Shown piece after piece: positions 56,100 to 60,066 of a stretch of DNA of 60,066 nucleotides. Where the stretch lies: positions 1-60,066 of the forward strand of contig JAHIJO010000166.1 of the NCBI GenBank assembly GCA_018898455.1. Reading direction: 5' to 3'. Below the pieces are notes generated by a model that was not told where the DNA came from, made no database searches, and saw nothing but the letters and a program-made list of their open reading frames with translations. How positions within the stretch are numbered: position 1 is the stretch's first letter; each line of letters begins with the position of its first letter. The translations under genes and the position numbers were made by a program. The stretch comes from Verrucomicrobiota bacterium. GTDB taxonomy: Bacteria > Verrucomicrobiota > Kiritimatiellia > JAAZAB01.

Positions 56100-57559
56100 T
56101 CCGCTATCTCCTACTCTCCATTCGCTTCCTCGATGACCGCTATCACGGTCTGACCGACAACGGCGAAAAGGCGGAATGGCCGCCTTCGCCGTTTCGGGTT
56201 TTTCAGGCGCTGATTGCGGGAAATGCACGAGGCCAGGAGCTTTCTGAATCATTCAGAAATGCCTTGTTCTGGCTCGAAAGGCGCGTCCCGCCGGTCATCA
56301 TCGCGCCCGATGCGCGGAAAGGCCGAGAGCTCTTGACGTATGTGCTCAACAACGTCTCGGACTCCGATCCTAATAGCCGCACGCCGAAGGCGATCCGACC
56401 GACACTTCTGAACGGCGATCAGCTCGTCCAGTATGCATGGACGTTCGAGGATGCCGCGAACGGCGCGATGGAGCATGCAAAGACGGTCGCCAATGCTGCG
56501 AGGCATATTCGATGTCTTGGTTGGGGAATAGACCTGGCCATCGGCTGTGGCGAGATTTCCGCCACGTTTCCCACCGTGATTGCTCCACGCGTTTTGTATA
56601 GACCATGCCAGGTCGTGTCAGCCAGTGGGCTTGATCTGCGTACACCTAAAGAAGGCAGTCTCATCTCTCTCGAAAACAGCTACGCCGATTTCCTCAAGCG
56701 GTACGAATTGCCAGGCGTCACACGGCTCGAATCCGCTGGCGCGATCTACGAGCCACAGCGATATGTCACGGGTGTCAGTCGTCCAAATGTTGCGTTCCGG
56801 CTTGTGAATGCCGCCGGTGATACGGTTCCTATTCGACATCAGTTGATTGCGCCTTTGGTTGGCATGATTCGCAATCTGGCGAATCGCCCTCGTGTGATCG
56901 AGTCCCTGAGTCAAGACGTTATTGACCGCGAGATCAAGGGACATCCTAAGGGTGGTTCCACAAAGCGCGTTTCCATCCTGCCCCTCCCGACGATTCGTAA
57001 TGGTCCCACCGATGGGCGCATCCGTCGGGTGATGCTGGCTCAGCCCTTCGAGTCTGACGGTGTGCTTTGTTGCCAACTTGCGCAACTGTTCGATGGCCAG
57101 GAACTGACGCCATTGCCAAATGAAGAGCGCTTCCCGCCGATCTATCTCGAACGGCTCGAAGAGAGAGACAAGGTTCTGTCCTGCTACACAGGCATTTCTC
57201 GTGTTTGGGCTTCGGTTACCCCCGTGCTATTGCCCGGTTACGATGATCGAAATCAGAACCGTGGAGACCAGCAGAAGCGACTGGCACGCGCTGAGCAGTT
57301 GGCCTGCAAAGCGCTGGCGCAGGCTGGCATCGAAACATCAGCACAGGTAGAATTGTCTAGAGTTCCGTTCTGGGCCGGCAGTCTGCACGCCCGCGACTAC
57401 TGCCCGCGCGATAAGCTCTGTCACTATCCTCGCTACCATGTGCGCTTGAGTTTCGACCAAGCGGTCACCGGCCCTCTCGCCATCGGCGCCGGTCGGCATG
57501 CCGGCTTTGGAGTATTGGCGGCTGTGGAACCATGCAAAACGAAACCGACCAGCTCTTAA
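56096..57559 (+). CDS. csb2: Type I-G Cas5/Cas6 fusion (Csb2)
   Basis: EWPPSPFRVFQAL, LGWG, WASVTP and Gly-rich GPLAIGAGRHAGFG motifs. Confidence 0.92.
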   Translation: MIRYLLLSIRFLDDRYHGLTDNGEKAEWPPSPFRVFQALIAGNARGQELSESFRNALFWLERRVPPVIIAPDARKGRELLTYVLNNVSDSDPNSRTPKAIRPTLLNGDQLVQYAWTFEDAANGAMEHAKTVANAARHIRCLGWGIDLAIGCGEISATFPTVIAPRVLYRPCQVVSASGLDLRTPKEGSLISLENSYADFLKRYELPGVTRLESAGAIYEPQRYVTGVSRPNVAFRLVNAAGDTVPIRHQLIAPLVGMIRNLANRPRVIESLSQDVIDREIKGHPKGGSTKRVSILPLPTIRNGPTDGRIRRVMLAQPFESDGVLCCQLAQLFDGQELTPLPNEERFPPIYLERLEERDKVLSCYTGISRVWASVTPVLLPGYDDRNQNRGDQQKRLARAEQLACKALAQAGIETSAQVELSRVPFWAGSLHARDYCPRDKLCHYPRYHVRLSFDQAVTGPLAIGAGRHAGFGVLAAVEPCKTKPTSS

Positions 57560-59226
57560 CCATTGACCACCTGCACCAATACGCCTACTGCCCACGGCGT
57601 ATGCATCTGATGTATGTGGATGGACGCTGGGATAATAATGCCTACACCGAGGAGGGCCGGGTTGTCCACACCCGCACCGACGCCAAGGACCACGTTTTGC
57701 CCAAACCGGCGGAAGAATCTGCCAAAGGCCAGGACGATGGCGACCCGACGCCGGTCATCGTCCGAAGCGTGATGCTCTCCAGTGAGGCGCTTGGCCTCAT
57801 CGGCAAACCGGACCTTGTCGAAGCCGGGGGCGGCGAGGCCATTCCCGTGGATACCAAGCGCGGGAAACCGCCCGATAATCCCCTCCAAAGTTATGAGCCG
57901 GAACGAGTGCAATTGATGGCGCAAGGCCTGTTACTGCGCGAGCATGGTTTTGTTTGTCAGCGAGGATTCCTTTATTTTGCCGCGGCCCGTCTTCGCGTGG
58001 AAATCGCCTTCACGGCGGAATTGGAGGAACATACCCGTTTCTTGCTTGGAGAAGCTCGCGCACACCTGCAAAACCCTTCGCTCCCGGATCCCCTCGATGA
58101 TAGTCCCAAGTGCAACGGCTGTTCTCTATCTGCCATCTGTCTGCCCGACGAAACCAACCTGCTTAACGCGCGTGGCAATCTCGAAATCGCCGATGTTCGA
58201 CGTCTGTATCCCGCCCGCGACGATGCCTTGCCGCTTTATGTGCAGGATCAGGGTAGTCGTGTCGGCAAGTCCGGCCAAAGCCTGGTTGTCAGCCGGGGCG
58301 ATGATGAAAGCGACCGTTTTTTGCTCAAAGACGTTTCCCAGCTTGTGCTGTGCGGAAATATCGCCGTTACCCCTCAATCCTTGCATTTGCTTTGCGAGAG
58401 CGGTATTGCCATTGCGCACCTGTCCACCGGCGGTTGGTTCTACGGCATTACCCACGGACACGGATTGCGCAATGCTTACGACCGCGCCGCGCAGTTCGCC
58501 GCCGCCGGAAACGATGGACGCCGTCTGACATTTGCCCGGGCCGTGGTCGAAGCCAAGGCGCGCAACCAACGCACGCTCCTCCGCCGCAATGCGGCGGGGG
58601 AGGGCGCCGATTCAGCCGTACAGGAAATGGCGCGCCTTCTGGACTTGATCCCGCGCATGGAGAGCTGTGAAAGTCTGCTCGGCATCGAAGGCGCCCTGGC
58701 GTCTCGTTATTTTGCCAACTGGGCAACGATGGTCAAGGAACGGGCCTTTGCCGAAGCTTTCGATGTGCGGAATCGAAACCGGCGACCGCCACGCGACCCG
58801 GTCAACTCCATGCTGTCTTATGGATATGCCTTGCTGGTCAAAGAATGCACGGTGGCGCTCATGGGGGAAGGGCTCGATCCTTGGTGGGGCCTTTATCACC
58901 GGCCGCGCCATGGTCGGCCGGCTTTGGCCCTGGACTTGATGGAAGAATTCCGTCCGCTCGTCGTGGATAGCGCTGTCCTGACGGCGTTGAATACCGGGAT
59001 GGTGGGGGCCGGCGATTTCGAGACCGGCGCTTCGGGGTGTTTGATGAAACCGGCCGGTCGCAAAGCTTTAATCCACGCCTTTGAACAACGACTGGACCAA
59101 TTGATTACGCATCCCATGTTCGATTACCGCTGTTCCTGGCGCGCGGTAGTGCGATTGCAGGCCCGTCTCCTGGCGCGCTGGTTGCGGGGGGATATTCCAC
59201 GTTATGAGGGAATCACCACGCGATGA
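57532..59226 (+). CDS. cas1: Cas4-Cas1 fusion
   Basis: YCPRR and KCNGCSLSAIC (Cas4 Fe-S); GIEG, RNRRPPRDPVN and LALDLMEEFR (Cas1). Confidence 0.95.
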   Translation: MQNETDQLLTIDHLHQYAYCPRRMHLMYVDGRWDNNAYTEEGRVVHTRTDAKDHVLPKPAEESAKGQDDGDPTPVIVRSVMLSSEALGLIGKPDLVEAGGGEAIPVDTKRGKPPDNPLQSYEPERVQLMAQGLLLREHGFVCQRGFLYFAAARLRVEIAFTAELEEHTRFLLGEARAHLQNPSLPDPLDDSPKCNGCSLSAICLPDETNLLNARGNLEIADVRRLYPARDDALPLYVQDQGSRVGKSGQSLVVSRGDDESDRFLLKDVSQLVLCGNIAVTPQSLHLLCESGIAIAHLSTGGWFYGITHGHGLRNAYDRAAQFAAAGNDGRRLTFARAVVEAKARNQRTLLRRNAAGEGADSAVQEMARLLDLIPRMESCESLLGIEGALASRYFANWATMVKERAFAEAFDVRNRNRRPPRDPVNSMLSYGYALLVKECTVALMGEGLDPWWGLYHRPRHGRPALALDLMEEFRPLVVDSAVLTALNTGMVGAGDFETGASGCLMKPAGRKALIHAFEQRLDQLITHPMFDYRCSWRAVVRLQARLLARWLRGDIPRYEGITTR

Positions 59227-59235
59227 TGTTGAAAT

Positions 59236-59529
59236 ATGGCCCGGCGCTTCTACATAGTTAGTTATGACGTTACCGATGACCGCCGCCGCAATAAGGTTTA
59301 TAAACAATTGCTGGATTATGGCGACCATGTGCAATTCAGCGTGTTCTGCTGTCAGCTCAATGCTCGTGAACGCATCCAGTTATGCCAGAATTTACGCGAT
59401 CATCTCAACCAGGCTGAGGATCAGGCTTTGATTCTTGACGCCGGTCCCGTGGACGGACAACAACCGGAGCCGGATATGGATTACATAGGCAAGACCTATA
59501 CCCCATCGCCGCGTTGCCAAATCGTCTAA
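59236..59529 (+). CDS. cas2: CRISPR-associated Cas2
   Basis: YIVSYDV..RR and YG.HVQFSVF motifs. Confidence 0.95.
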   Translation: MARRFYIVSYDVTDDRRRNKVYKQLLDYGDHVQFSVFCCQLNARERIQLCQNLRDHLNQAEDQALILDAGPVDGQQPEPDMDYIGKTYTPSPRCQIV

Positions 59530-59754
59530 GATTTTTGTATAACAGAGCACCGGTGTTCTTGTCGTGCCTTTTGATTGCGAGCGGTTCCGTGGTGGGTTGG
59601 GGCCGGGGATCGCTCGTTGTTCTTTGAAATCCGAATAATTTACGTGCTTTCAGCCAAATACATGTTGGCGCCCATCGGTCAATGACAAACGTATTTGTAT
59701 CGCTCGAAAACAGCCTTGCATCCTGTTGCTATAAAACACTATAAAGGCTGCGCT
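59530..59754 (+). promoter_or_regulatory. CRISPR leader
   Basis: Non-coding stretch between cas2 and repeat 1; CGAGCG/CGCTCG inverted motifs; AT-rich proximal part. Confidence 0.75.
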
Positions 59755-60066
59755 ATTTCCGTGTCTTAACCGACACGGCCCCATTGAAGCATTGATAAAA
59801 TCTCCCGATCCACATCCGCTGTGGCAATTTCCGTGTCTTAACCGACACGGCCCCATTGAAGCCGTAAAACGCAAACACGATCTTGGCCCCCGCCGCCTTA
59901 TTTCCGTGTCTTAACCGACACGGCCCCATTGAAGCTTACGGAACGCGCTGAATCGCCAAAACCGCGTTAGATTTCCGTGTCTTAACCGACACGGCCCCAT
60001 TGAAGCTCACGTTGGACGCATGGGATTTTGCGAGCATTCGCTTGATTTCCGTGTCTTAACCGACAC
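59755..60066 (+). CRISPR. CRISPR array, 36-bp repeat ATTTCCGTGTCTTAACCGACACGGCCCCATTGAAGC; 4 full repeats plus 1 partial; truncated by the window end
   Basis: Identical repeats at 59755, 59827, 59900, 59971 and 60045 (partial); spacers of 36, 37, 35 and 38 bp; CCGTGTC/GACACGG stem. Confidence 0.99.

Noticed and set aside
59535-59544. TTGTATAACA in the CRISPR leader resembling the GntR-type site at 30873
   Set aside because: Too short and AT-rich to support shared regulation.
59650-59874. 74-aa minus-strand ORF with repeated ASMGPCRLRHGN
   Set aside because: Translation artefact of the CRISPR repeats.
1-60066. tRNA, rRNA, integrase or transposase genes
   Set aside because: None recognised by eye; a tRNAscan/Infernal run would be needed to exclude small RNAs.

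Overview
GC-rich bacterial chromosome segment; the gene repertoire suggests a PVC-group organism such as Kiritimatiellae/Lentisphaerae (inference only). In order: a truncated Rhs/YD fragment; a housekeeping run argB-argD-lysA-dapA-dapB-folK-panB-panC; a sugar isomerase, a permuted dihydropyrimidine-dehydrogenase-like fusion, a GNAT protein and dtd; a catabolic cluster (Gfo/Idh/MocA, decayed genes, beta-propeller, class III aminotransferase, fused and split amidohydrolase pairs, UxuB-like SDR, 2-hydroxyacid dehydrogenase, eda, kdgK); a D,D-carboxypeptidase; an orphan WspF-like CheB plus REC-PP2C pair; a GntR/LacI-regulated cluster; lpxA; an AraC-led DegT/Zn-dehydrogenase cluster; an FHA+PEGA pair; an MFS transporter; and a complete type I-G (I-U) CRISPR-Cas locus (cas3-csb3-csb1-csb2-cas4/1-cas2, leader, array running off the window). 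The cas operon is preceded by an XRE regulator fused to an IrrE/ImmA-like domain that lacks its HExxH motif, and by a possible antisense degenerate repeat. Several modular REP-like palindromes occur between genes. All calls come from reading motifs by eye; no searches were run.
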